Source of the DNA: a virus
Strand: one strand, 5' to 3'
Virus record (IMG/VR): IMGVR_UViG_3300029985_000036
Span: 1-64,000 of that record
DNA: 64,000 nt
Shown here piece after piece: positions 19,984-29,716 of the stretch. The translations under genes and the position numbers were made by a program. A model generated the notes under the pieces. The model was given only the letters and a program-made list of their open reading frames with translations, was not told the origin of the DNA and did not search any database. Numbering within the stretch: the stretch's first letter is position 1; each line of letters starts with the position of its first letter.

Positions 19984-20520
19984 TTAATCTTCCTCATTGT
20001 AGGATGGTGTTCCGATTGGTAGGATCGGCGAGGTTACACGCGCATCTTCTACTTGAAGTACTCCTGGAGTTGGGGTAGATACCATCAATTTTGTAGGATC
20101 AGAACGAGACTTGGGTTTTTGTGTCAATGAAGGACCATCAGCAGCATCCTTACTTCCAACTTCAATTAAATCACCTGTCTTTGTTCGGATGACAAATCGA
20201 ACTTCTACAATATTCAGTCGTAGAATATTAAGTAGTATGAAATAAAAGAGTCTCCAGGTAATTTCATCTTTGAGTAAAGCTTTTCGTAAATTACCACGAT
20301 CAGTGTTGATCCCAGAAGGTGAGCTCCCAATTCGTCGACCATATTCACCACACAGCGCAGAGAACTGATCCATGGTGATTTTGTTACGATAAAAGATCAG
20401 CCGAAGCAGACGCACTAGGGGAGATCCCACTGCGTTTACATCATCTTTGCTAAACATGAGTGCCATGGAATATCTTCCTGAAGTTGTTATGTTGATGTGG
20501 ATTATTCTCCCAGGATCCAC
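19984..20520 (-). CDS. Putative HTH-like DNA-binding protein between the topoisomerase subunits
   Basis: Helical pattern RGNLRKALLKDEITWRLF resembling an Xre-type HTH. Disordered C-terminal tail. Confidence 0.55.
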   Translation of the reverse strand: MDPGRIIHINITTSGRYSMALMFSKDDVNAVGSPLVRLLRLIFYRNKITMDQFSALCGEYGRRIGSSPSGINTDRGNLRKALLKDEITWRLFYFILLNILRLNIVEVRFVIRTKTGDLIEVGSKDAADGPSLTQKPKSRSDPTKLMVSTPTPGVLQVEDARVTSPILPIGTPSYNEED

Positions 20521-20539
20521 ATCAACATTTCAAGTGACG

Positions 20540-23023
20540 TTATGTACGACTGAGGAGTTGTTTTCGTGCTGCCGTATTTTTACCAAGAAGTGCAAAGATC
20601 CGCTGTACATCACCAACCTCAGTGATCTTGTACATATTGCGATATTGAGGATCCATACACACACGGCCCATGTCAGCAGGTTTCATACTACCAAGACCTT
20701 TGTATCGTTCGATAGAAAATTGTTTGTCAAGAGTCGTTAACATGTCATTAAGTTTCATAATCGAAACTTCACGATCTCGGAACTCGGAGCTATTCTTTGT
20801 AGTAATATATATCTGTTTTTTCCGCCATTGAATTCGGTTCATCAGAGGCAACACCGTATCAATCAGTCTTTTCCACACATTCTTAAGTGGAATGATATGG
20901 TCCTCGCTTCCGATTGTCAGAATGAGAATATTGCCATTCTGTTCATATGTAACGCGATCAACATCAGGCACCAGCTGTTTGATACGGGCAACATCAATCT
21001 TTTCTAATGAAGGATCAAGTGCTGCCGTGATATAGGTCAGTCTTTCTACAACTGGCGGATCCACCAATAGTTCTCGAGACAGGTTGTCAATAGCTTCACC
21101 AATTTCCAATACATTCCGTAATGTTCGAATACACTCATCATGTTCTAATAGACGAGTTTTGTCTTTAGAGTGCTTAACTCTTTCACCGAATGTAAATGTT
21201 TTCATATACACATTTTCAATTAACCAATCTCGCAATGCCAGTTCATCACGAAAATAGATATTGGGAAGATTCATCTTTTTGGCTGTATATGCCAAACTGT
21301 AAAGTGGTGGGGTAATGATATTGAGCATACCCGAGGTAATTATTTCCGGACACAATGCATAAAAGTTACCAACTAAAATTGCAGTGATATGTTGGCCATG
21401 AGAATCAGCATCTGTCAACACATTCAGACTTCGAAAATTCAAAGTATTAGGATTAAATTTGTTTGGATTAATGCCCGTAATTGTAATAATATTTTGATAG
21501 ATATCGTTATAACGGATATCAACTGCAGTCTGTCGAATATTGTCAATTGTCGTAATGCCGTTGAATGGTTTTCCTCGCAGTTTATAAAGAGCTTGGAATT
21601 CACTATTGCGACCTTCAATAACACTACTTCCGGCGCTGTCTCCTTCAACTAAGAACAATTCAGCAGTACTACGGTTTGTTGTCCAGCAATCCTTAAACAA
21701 TTCACTGAGACCCTTAACCTCTTCAAATAGACGATTGAAGTTTTTAACTTTGACAACACCAAGTACTTCGTTAGTATATTTGTCTTCGATATCAGCAGCC
21801 AACTGTTGATAAAGCGCTGCAATAAATGCAACACTTTCTGGCATTGCTAATTGTTTCTTGATGGAAGGTTCATATACATTGCGAAATTCTCGAGAAAGAA
21901 ATGCACTCTTTGTTGTACTTGCAAATTCTGCACCTGGATATTTAACATCGACTGCCAAATAGATAGGAACTCGATATTGATCCAGAAAGAATTTTCGAAG
22001 TGGAGCTTCCTTAATATAGACACTAATGGCCTGTTTAAGAGCATCCATAACAGTCAAGAAATGGGTACTTTTCAGGTCATCAATAGCAACATTGTTTACC
22101 ATACCAAATCGTCCTCCCAATTCGGAGAATTTGACATAGTAAAAACGTACTTCATATCGAACCATCACTTCACGAACTTCTGGTTTCGTAATGGTTGTCA
22201 GGAACGAATCATGAATGGTATTCTGCAACATAAATGGACGAGTGATGCCAAGATAACTACGGATCCAGGCATTTCGATCAAATGTTGCTTCATTGAAAAC
22301 AACTGTAGCTTCTTCTACATACTTAGCAACAATAGCTTCGGCTTCTGGAATATTGCTCAACCAAATTTTCTCTGGAAGTCCAAGAGAATGAATACGTAAC
22401 TCAATATTCATCTTTCGAAAGAAACAATACTTTTGAATAAGAATAAGAAGTTGGTCTCGTCCCACTTCATAGAAAGTATCGATCCCACTTGTCATAATGA
22501 TGGGATCTGGTTCAAAGATAACGGTGACACCAGTTTGTACTGGAGGAGTGTTGATCAGTTCAACCACTTCATCTGTTTTACCTTCATTGACATAAATGGC
22601 AGCTGATGCTTCCGCACAGTGGGTAATGGCTTTGAAGTGACGAGATGTACCGGCAGTTGCTTTACCACCCTGACCAAATAATCCACCACTATGTTCATAT
22701 GCATTGGTATTGAATTTACCACTGGTATGCATCTTTGTATACGAGTCTAGTAGCTTACCAATTGGCAGTCCACGACCATTATCCGTTACAACAACTTGAT
22801 AGGTATTTTTCTCAGCATCAAAACACAACATGACAAGAAGTTTACCAACCATCTCAGCCATAAGAGCAATCTCATCAATACCATTCGTGATGATTTCGAT
22901 TGCTTGGTGAACAAGTCCTTCGATGCCAGTGGAGGGAAGTAATGCGGTGGGACGCATTCTCACGTACTCTAGTCTCTCAGGACTCCAAATCGAATTTTCG
23001 TTGTATTGACCATATTCACTCAT
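20540..23023 (-). CDS. gyrB: Type IIA topoisomerase, GyrB/ParE-like subunit
   Basis: VRMRP, EIITNGIDE, DNGRG, HTSGKF, LFLVEGDSAG, LRGK, DADSHG, RYKGLG. Confidence 0.92.
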   Translation of the reverse strand: MSEYGQYNENSIWSPERLEYVRMRPTALLPSTGIEGLVHQAIEIITNGIDEIALMAEMVGKLLVMLCFDAEKNTYQVVVTDNGRGLPIGKLLDSYTKMHTSGKFNTNAYEHSGGLFGQGGKATAGTSRHFKAITHCAEASAAIYVNEGKTDEVVELINTPPVQTGVTVIFEPDPIIMTSGIDTFYEVGRDQLLILIQKYCFFRKMNIELRIHSLGLPEKIWLSNIPEAEAIVAKYVEEATVVFNEATFDRNAWIRSYLGITRPFMLQNTIHDSFLTTITKPEVREVMVRYEVRFYYVKFSELGGRFGMVNNVAIDDLKSTHFLTVMDALKQAISVYIKEAPLRKFFLDQYRVPIYLAVDVKYPGAEFASTTKSAFLSREFRNVYEPSIKKQLAMPESVAFIAALYQQLAADIEDKYTNEVLGVVKVKNFNRLFEEVKGLSELFKDCWTTNRSTAELFLVEGDSAGSSVIEGRNSEFQALYKLRGKPFNGITTIDNIRQTAVDIRYNDIYQNIITITGINPNKFNPNTLNFRSLNVLTDADSHGQHITAILVGNFYALCPEIITSGMLNIITPPLYSLAYTAKKMNLPNIYFRDELALRDWLIENVYMKTFTFGERVKHSKDKTRLLEHDECIRTLRNVLEIGEAIDNLSRELLVDPPVVERLTYITAALDPSLEKIDVARIKQLVPDVDRVTYEQNGNILILTIGSEDHIIPLKNVWKRLIDTVLPLMNRIQWRKKQIYITTKNSSEFRDREVSIMKLNDMLTTLDKQFSIERYKGLGSMKPADMGRVCMDPQYRNMYKITEVGDVQRIFALLGKNTAARKQLLSRT

Positions 23024-23227
23024 GGTAGTCTTTCTCCAACTGGTAGTGCATGGGGGTTTATTAAATAAGAATTATTCTCAGAGACTCACTCCACAACAGG
23101 ATGCGTTGTGTAGCGGTGCTGTTAGATTATACATAGAATGACTCCACGAAATAAAGGATTATTTGTCTGTATTTAGCTGCATTCTATATCAGATGTATAG
23201 TGGTGCGTCAGGTGTTATTCAATCTAA

Positions 23228-23253
23228 TAATATATATCTAAAATACAGGTGAA
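23228..23253 (-). promoter_or_regulatory. Bipartite phage promoter-like motif heading the topoisomerase operon
   Basis: Minus strand TTCA-N12-ATATATATTA. Confidence 0.6.
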
Positions 23254-23355
23254 TTGTCTCATCAAATTCATGATCCTTGTGTGACAAGCATTATGATATA
23301 ATATAGAAGGAACCACACGGATTCTTAAATTTTAACACCGAAAGGCGCGAAGATT

Positions 23356-23823
23356 ATGAGTGATACAACTTCTGAAATGGTCGCGCCAACAGGTGTGACT
23401 GCTGATCTTGTCCAACTGGATCAAATTTTTGATGATGCCCGTGCAAAACGGAATGCTGTCGTCGACTTGCTAACGCCCATTATCCATAAACTGACGATTA
23501 ATACAACAGAAGCTCGACAGACTGAAGTACAGATGCAATTGATCAATACGTATCTGTCAACAATCAGTGCCAATGAAGCAGCTGCCAGTCGTCGTGTTGG
23601 TAGTAAACTGAAACAGGTTGAAGCAAACACTGCCAATAAACATAGTGCAGCAGTTGCCGAATTGTTGGCAAAGATTACAGTTGGATCTATTCAAATTGGA
23701 ACAGCTTCTGTTCAGCCGAGTCCAGAACAATCAGAAGCTGATTTGGAACGAGCATTTTTAGAAAATGAGCTTGATCCTATTTCTGAGACTGAACTCAAAA
23801 CAGATCATCGAGATATTGAATAA
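23356..23823 (+). CDS. Hypothetical helical protein
   Basis: 155-aa ORF ending at a bidirectional hairpin. Confidence 0.75.
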   Translation: MSDTTSEMVAPTGVTADLVQLDQIFDDARAKRNAVVDLLTPIIHKLTINTTEARQTEVQMQLINTYLSTISANEAAASRRVGSKLKQVEANTANKHSAAVAELLAKITVGSIQIGTASVQPSPEQSEADLERAFLENELDPISETELKTDHRDIE

Positions 23824-23833
23824 TACGACAGAA

Positions 23834-23867
23834 TAGTTAGCTTCAGCCCTGGGGCTGAAGCTAACTA
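23834..23867. terminator. Palindromic hairpin between convergent genes
   Basis: TAGTTAGCTTCAGCCC-TG-GGGCTGAAGCTAACTA. Confidence 0.8.
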
Positions 23868-23871
23868 CATG

Positions 23872-25122
23872 TTAAATTTTAGTTGAAAGAATAGTAATAC
23901 CAATATCCGAAAGAGTTGCATCTTGTGACGCCGGTGCTACAAGTTGAAAGACATCTCCTGCAGCAAATGTTACTGCAGTAGTGCAAAAAAGAGTATTGGC
24001 CGTATGACTGCTGGCAGATAACAATATCCCAGCAATCGCAGTAGTTGTTCCACCTGAAATTTTATTAATAACAAAAAGTGAAGATCCTGCTGAAACCACT
24101 CCTGCATATGAGAAAGTTCCGGTTAAACCAATAGGAATCGTTATTGCCATTCCCATAACAAGGTTATATGTCTGAGCGGCATTAGGTTTTCCTTGAATAA
24201 TAAACGATAGAGGAAAATCTAAAACCTCTGTAGGTAGCTCAGCATAAGTTAAAGTTTTATTAACCCAGTCAGTTCCGTTGTAAACCAATGCCTGATGATT
24301 GGTAGGTGAAGTAATAGCAGCATCTGTTGCACCGGAAATTGTGCTAGTGCCTGATGGTCCTTGAGGACCAACAACGTTACCAACATCGAAAATACCTGTA
24401 ACAACTCCATTAACAGTTGCACTTAAAAGAAGATGTCCAGATACATTGATAGTAGCTCCAGTATAACCGTTACCGGTCAACCCAATTGAGCCATTCGTTC
24501 CATTAATACCATTTGTGCCATTGGTACCAACAACATTGCCCAAATCAATGGGACCAAGTGTAGAACCGCCAGCCGAGGTTGCTGTCAGTATCAGATGTCC
24601 TGATGAGTTGATCGTCGCACCACTGAACCCAGGTCCGATTAATCCGGTCTCACCGTTTGTTCCGTTGGTACCGACAACTGCACCCAGATCAAGTGCTCCG
24701 ACAACCGATCCAGCAATTGTCTGGGTTAAAAGAAGATGCCCTGATGAATTGATAGAGGCATCACTAAATCCTGAACCACCGATTCCTGGGGACCCTGGCT
24801 CACCAATAACACTTCCGAGATCGTGGGTTCCCGCTGTACTAGTACCATCAACTCCAGTTAATACCAAGTGACCAGATGAGTTAATAACTGCGGCACTATA
24901 GCCAGGACCCGTGTCGCCAGTAATGGTTCCTGTAATAGAAACGGTGGTGTCATTGCTTAGATTAAAACTAAGTATTCCACCTGTTGAAATGCTTCCACCA
25001 ACAATCGTTACCTGGGGTGGAATACCTAGATTGGAAATTGCGGCTGCTTGTGCCAAAGGACCAACGGCTGCAATTTCAGAAAAACAATTTTCAATAAGTA
25101 GGGGTTCATATCGTGCTGTCAT
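23872..25122 (-). CDS. Tail/head fibre protein with Gly-rich repeats
   Basis: Four repeats GF/YS.A.INSSGHL.LT...DLG.VVG with short collagen-like linkers, then a beta-rich C-terminal domain. Confidence 0.75.
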   Translation of the reverse strand: MTARYEPLLIENCFSEIAAVGPLAQAAAISNLGIPPQVTIVGGSISTGGILSFNLSNDTTVSITGTITGDTGPGYSAAVINSSGHLVLTGVDGTSTAGTHDLGSVIGEPGSPGIGGSGFSDASINSSGHLLLTQTIAGSVVGALDLGAVVGTNGTNGETGLIGPGFSGATINSSGHLILTATSAGGSTLGPIDLGNVVGTNGTNGINGTNGSIGLTGNGYTGATINVSGHLLLSATVNGVVTGIFDVGNVVGPQGPSGTSTISGATDAAITSPTNHQALVYNGTDWVNKTLTYAELPTEVLDFPLSFIIQGKPNAAQTYNLVMGMAITIPIGLTGTFSYAGVVSAGSSLFVINKISGGTTTAIAGILLSASSHTANTLFCTTAVTFAAGDVFQLVAPASQDATLSDIGITILSTKI

Positions 25123-25171
25123 GATGTTGCATCCTAGTTCTTATTATTCAATTACAGGTGCATACTACACT

Positions 25172-27385
25172 TTATGCTGGGACAAAATTGACTGTCGGAA
25201 CACTGGTGTATGTAATAGATACCTGATCTCCAGAAACGACATTAATCCCACCTGATGTCTGTCCAGTTGGTACAGCAGTTGTCCCACGTTTAATTGTGAT
25301 TGATGTTACCGCGCCACCGTTTACAAAGAGGACACCACGCGCCAAGGCCGTATTAACATAAGGTGAACCTGAAGGCACAATGGTTACAATCGCGCCACCG
25401 GCTGTAGCTGCACCAGATGTGAGTACTGCATTACTGCCTACCGTGAGACTACCAACGATCGTAGCGTTACCTGCGCCATCATCAAGTAAGTTTTCTGCAC
25501 CCGATAGAATGTGGCCTTTGAGGCTAACCGAGAACGTGGTGGCCTGATTGAGCACTGGAATTTGTCCCCAGGTCACACCTGCGCTACCGACACTGGTGTT
25601 GAGGTAAAGTTGTGGGATAGATGGAATGCCCTGATTGGTGTTGATGTAAACTGAACCTGGATTGGCCGATGAGGTCGGTATACCAACACCAGTCGTGATC
25701 GTAGGACCCCCAGTTCCTCCTACAATTATAGATGGTATCATAAAAATACCAGTGTTATCTATATACCATTTTGCAGTTAATGCTGTAGCTGCAGAATAAA
25801 TATCATAGGCAGCAGTTGCACTATCTTTAATAAAGATACCAGATTGAAAACGACCAGTGCCACCTGAAATTTGTAACCCATATGTTACTTTATTTGATCC
25901 CGTGCTAACGGCAAGAAAAGATCCTTTTGATGTAGCAGACAGTTGAATACTATCATCTGTTCCCGTATTGTTAGTGACATCGGATTCAATTGCCACACCG
26001 TATCCCTGAGTACCTGACGGATAGATTAAGTTAGGATTAAGTCCATACAGAGTTGAAGTCATACTGTTGGCTAAACCAACAAAATAACCAGCACTAATAC
26101 CATACGATGCATTTGTTGCATCGTTGCGTACTTGCACAAATAAAGCTTGGTTGTTGCCACCTATTCCAGTCGGTGCATTGATCGCTTGAATACCAATAAG
26201 AGTGTGGCCGGTTGAATCTGTAAATCGTTGTTGAAAACCAAATCCTACAGTTGTTCCAACGTATTGTGATGAAATTCCAGGAAATGTATAAAGACTTGGC
26301 ATTGAAAATGGGCCAAGTGCCAGAGATGCTACTTGTGATCCTTCATTAAGGACTCCACTAAAATTATAGCTACCTGGTGGAATGATATATGAAACGCCAT
26401 ATCCCATGGTTGCATTAAACGCCAGATCATCGTGTGCAATCCCATCACCAACCGCACCGTTGTCTTTAACTGTTGGTAAGGTAGCAAATCGATCGGCAAG
26501 GGTACGAGGTGTTATCCCGTGCGTACTAACCACACTTCCACTTAGTGTCGTAAATGCACCAGATGATGGGGTAGTAGATCCAATCGGCGTGTTGTCGACA
26601 GTACCTCCGGTAATATTACTACTGGATGGTCCTGTTGGACCTTGAGGTCCAACCACACTTCCAAGATCTACTGTTCCGGTTACTACTCCAGCTGTCACTT
26701 GTCCCAGAATCAAATGACCAAAACTGTTGACAGCAGCTGAAATGTAACCAGATCCCGGTGTCCCATTTGTTCCATTGGTACCAACAACATTACCCAGATC
26801 AGTTGTTCCAGTAACGGTACCACCAACAGCTGTATTGGTTACAATTAAGTGCCCCAATCCGTTGATCGTAGCACTACTGAACCCGGGTCCAACTTGACCT
26901 GTAGTGCCGGATGTACCAACAACATTTCCAAGATCAACAGTTCCACTAGTAATACCACCTACAGAAGTTGTTGTTACAATTAGGTGGCCTGAACTGTTGA
27001 TACTAATATCACTAAATCCAGGACCCTGCTGTCCGGCAGATCCATTACTTCCTGGTGCGCCAACAACATTACCGAGATCTGTTGTACCAGAAACAACACC
27101 AGCTGTCGTCTCAGTCAAAATTAAATGACCAGATGAGTTAATACTGGCTGCACTGAATCCTGGGCCAATTTGTCCGGGAGCACCTATAATGTTACCTGTA
27201 ACTGTAACTGTGGTTCCATTGCTCAACACCAGAGCAAGAGATCCAGTTGGCGTTATATGACTAGATTGAATAACAATAGGTGTTCCAATGCCAAGATTGG
27301 TTTGTGCGGACAGTTGAGCGGCAGGGCCAGCTGCAGCAATTTCACCAAGACAATTTTCTGCAAGTAAGGGTTCAAATGTAATCAT
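25172..27385 (-). CDS. Tail fibre/tailspike with probable beta-helix domain
   Basis: Same N-terminus and repeats as the neighbour, then TVKDNGAVGDGIAHDDLAFN...IPPGSY, the pectate-lyase-3/tailspike entry motif. Confidence 0.8.
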   Translation of the reverse strand: MITFEPLLAENCLGEIAAAGPAAQLSAQTNLGIGTPIVIQSSHITPTGSLALVLSNGTTVTVTGNIIGAPGQIGPGFSAASINSSGHLILTETTAGVVSGTTDLGNVVGAPGSNGSAGQQGPGFSDISINSSGHLIVTTTSVGGITSGTVDLGNVVGTSGTTGQVGPGFSSATINGLGHLIVTNTAVGGTVTGTTDLGNVVGTNGTNGTPGSGYISAAVNSFGHLILGQVTAGVVTGTVDLGSVVGPQGPTGPSSSNITGGTVDNTPIGSTTPSSGAFTTLSGSVVSTHGITPRTLADRFATLPTVKDNGAVGDGIAHDDLAFNATMGYGVSYIIPPGSYNFSGVLNEGSQVASLALGPFSMPSLYTFPGISSQYVGTTVGFGFQQRFTDSTGHTLIGIQAINAPTGIGGNNQALFVQVRNDATNASYGISAGYFVGLANSMTSTLYGLNPNLIYPSGTQGYGVAIESDVTNNTGTDDSIQLSATSKGSFLAVSTGSNKVTYGLQISGGTGRFQSGIFIKDSATAAYDIYSAATALTAKWYIDNTGIFMIPSIIVGGTGGPTITTGVGIPTSSANPGSVYINTNQGIPSIPQLYLNTSVGSAGVTWGQIPVLNQATTFSVSLKGHILSGAENLLDDGAGNATIVGSLTVGSNAVLTSGAATAGGAIVTIVPSGSPYVNTALARGVLFVNGGAVTSITIKRGTTAVPTGQTSGGINVVSGDQVSITYTSVPTVNFVPA

Positions 27386-27463
27386 TTTATCAGATTCCTT
27401 CTATATCGGATCCTCATAAAATGATAAAGTTAATCATCATGTAAACAAAATTATAGAAGAAGA

Positions 27464-27496
27464 AGAAGGAGAGGGGACATAGTCCCCTCTCCTTCT
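27464..27496 (-). terminator. Terminator hairpin
   Basis: AGAAGGAGAGGGGAC-ATA-GTCCCCTCTCCTTCT with a TTC tract on the minus strand. Confidence 0.8.
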
Positions 27497-27513
27497 CTTT
27501 CAATGAGTATTTA

Positions 27514-28260
27514 TTAAACAGTTGGCTTCTGAAGATTCACAATCCGTGCCTGTTCCTGCAGGAACATTACAAGTGGGGCACACTTCAAACGGGACTGCAA
27601 AATATCTGGACGGATCTTTGAAGCATCTCCGATGTCTACACCATTCACGGCATGGCGAAACAGGGTATAGACAATCTCAGTGCGAAATCGAGATTGCATA
27701 TCAAGTGCTGCAATCCCCTGAAGTGCAGCACCTTCCTGCATTACATCATTTTTGTGTTTAACAAAGAAGTCCCAGACTACCTGAAATACTTCAGGCGTTG
27801 GTGTTGCCAACAGACGAGCAACGATGTTGCCAAGCGTTTTTGCGGCATCTGAGAAATCTGCTTTTGCTCCACCACGACTGGTCAGATATCCTCTGTAGTT
27901 ATCAAGCAACTCAACCAGGATACTCACCGCCTGAGACACAGGAGCTGTCGTAGGAGCCGGTGTTGGTTCGACAACAGGTGCTTCAGTGGAAACCGGCTCG
28001 ACCACTGGAGCAGTGGTGGGTGCTGGGGTAGGAGCTGGAGTGGGCGCGAGGGTGGGAACGGGAGTTGTGGTAGGAGCAGGAGTCTGTATTACTGGAGCAT
28101 CGGTGGGGGCAGGAGTAGGCGCTAGCGTAGGTGCCGGAGTCGGAGCAGGCGTTACCACAACGGGGGCTACCGTAGGTTCCGGAGTTGGTATAACTGTAGG
28201 AACTGGAGCATCCGTCAGCACTGGTGTCGGATCGACCGGCGTAGATGGTTGGTCACTCAT
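27514..28260 (-). CDS. Protein with a long Pro/Thr/Ala-rich N-terminal tract and a helical C-terminal domain
   Basis: Repeated PTPAPT units over about 110 aa. Start MSDQ follows AAGGA. Confidence 0.75.
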   Translation of the reverse strand: MSDQPSTPVDPTPVLTDAPVPTVIPTPEPTVAPVVVTPAPTPAPTLAPTPAPTDAPVIQTPAPTTTPVPTLAPTPAPTPAPTTAPVVEPVSTEAPVVEPTPAPTTAPVSQAVSILVELLDNYRGYLTSRGGAKADFSDAAKTLGNIVARLLATPTPEVFQVVWDFFVKHKNDVMQEGAALQGIAALDMQSRFRTEIVYTLFRHAVNGVDIGDASKIRPDILQSRLKCAPLVMFLQEQARIVNLQKPTV

Positions 28261-28360
28261 TATAGTTTTCCTTGTACTGTATAGATTAAAACACAAAGAT
28301 CCCGCAGGGCACGGTCATATCATGGTAGATTGTCGATATTCTTAATTAAAAAATCTACCT

Positions 28361-29716
28361 TTATATTGCAAATCTATTTAACGAGGTAATCTCAATCGAT
28401 TTCGCTAAATTGAAATGCTTTGACTTTAATGCTGTTTTGGTGAAAACGCTGGTAACCGCCACCGAGACCATCGTAATCATTTCTTGATCAATCGATCTAA
28501 ACAATTCTCCCATGCAGGTAAAACAGTACCCTGCCTGTGTATGGCAATAGAGAGGCGACCGCATTTGTACCGTCTGTCCAATATACTCAGTAATGTTATT
28601 AGCATCTAAGGTAATCAGTTTTCCATTAATCAAGATGTTGCGATAATAATAGTTTTTTGCCATATCTTTTGTCAGATTGACATGAAGATATTTAGTACTG
28701 CCACAATCATCACAGATAATCTTAGTATTTTGAAAAACACGAATGATGAATTTGGTTTCTTCACCACCCTTGGCCGTTTGAACCGCACTGGCAAAAGATC
28801 CGCGACGGATTTCATTACAGATGACTGGGAAGTCTTTAACTTTCCACCCTTCTTCAAGAGAGGTACCGATGAAGTTAAACCCCTTGCCACCAAACTCTGG
28901 AATCATACCACCAGAAATGAGCATCATCTTACGATGAATGGAATAGGATTTATCATCTCTGTCATAAAACAAAGTACTGACATCGCCTTTTAAGGAGGCT
29001 TTATCCATGGCAGTTAATTCAGTCTCAATTTGATTCATGACAATAGCATTACCAGCAGCAAGTTCTACGGCATGCTCTTTGAGAAGTTCATTTCGCCGTT
29101 TGATAATTTTAGGATCTACTGTAAGAGATCGTTCGGTTAAACTAGGAACAGACAATTCTGTGAAGTGTCCGATAAAATGAAGATTCCGAGAATAATGTTT
29201 AAGATTTTCAACACTGATCTTACCAGTACGAAGATTCTCAAAGATAAAGTTGTCTTCAATGCGCTGAATATCCCAAGTGGTATTGATATATGGAATAAGA
29301 TCACCAAAGGAATCAGCTAAGATAGCATAGTTAAGAAGAAGTCGACCAATCGTTGTTTCTAGCTCGACATCACCAGTATAGTTGATGATATCTTTAGGCT
29401 GTAGCATAATTTTACTGTTACGCTGACAGAGCTGTGGTGCAGTCTCAATACCAAGAGGAACCACTGTTAGCTCACGGTCTCCTTTATTGGAATAAATACC
29501 ATCAACTCCAGTTACACTGTAGAGCTGATTGTTAATATTTAACAATTTCCCAGTATATATCCAGCACTGATCATTGGGAATTGCATGACCCTCTACTGTT
29601 AAATGAGCTGTTGTCTTTTCAGTTTCAGTAAACAGATCAAGAAGCTGATCCCGAATAAGAAGAGCTGGGAGATTGTCCAGTATGTGTCGAAGAATCTGTG
29701 GAGCAAGTGTGTTCAT
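28361..29716 (-). CDS. Virion RNA polymerase beta' subunit, C-terminal part (phiKZ gp80-like)
   Basis: ETTIGRLLLN, bridge-helix-like RRGS...TAKGG, DCGS...RSPLYC...CFTCMG zinc site. 451 aa. Confidence 0.88.
   Translation of the reverse strand: MNTLAPQILRHILDNLPALLIRDQLLDLFTETEKTTAHLTVEGHAIPNDQCWIYTGKLLNINNQLYSVTGVDGIYSNKGDRELTVVPLGIETAPQLCQRNSKIMLQPKDIINYTGDVELETTIGRLLLNYAILADSFGDLIPYINTTWDIQRIEDNFIFENLRTGKISVENLKHYSRNLHFIGHFTELSVPSLTERSLTVDPKIIKRRNELLKEHAVELAAGNAIVMNQIETELTAMDKASLKGDVSTLFYDRDDKSYSIHRKMMLISGGMIPEFGGKGFNFIGTSLEEGWKVKDFPVICNEIRRGSFASAVQTAKGGEETKFIIRVFQNTKIICDDCGSTKYLHVNLTKDMAKNYYYRNILINGKLITLDANNITEYIGQTVQMRSPLYCHTQAGYCFTCMGELFRSIDQEMITMVSVAVTSVFTKTALKSKHFNLAKSIEITSLNRFAI

Noticed and set aside
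21851-22399. 182-aa plus-strand ORF
   Set aside because: Antisense to gyrB with no motif. The same applies to the many 60-170-aa ORFs nested in long genes.
24360-27170. Diversity-generating retroelement or invertible segment in the fibre repeats
   Set aside because: The repeats diverge mainly at synonymous sites, not only at adenines, and no reverse transcriptase or invertase is present in the window.
27456-27468. GAA microsatellite (also at about 38938-38950)
   Set aside because: Forms the pyrimidine tail of adjacent minus-strand terminators, not an independent repeat.
27986-28345. GVGAG-repeat plus-strand ORF
   Set aside because: Antisense translation of the PTPAPT tract.
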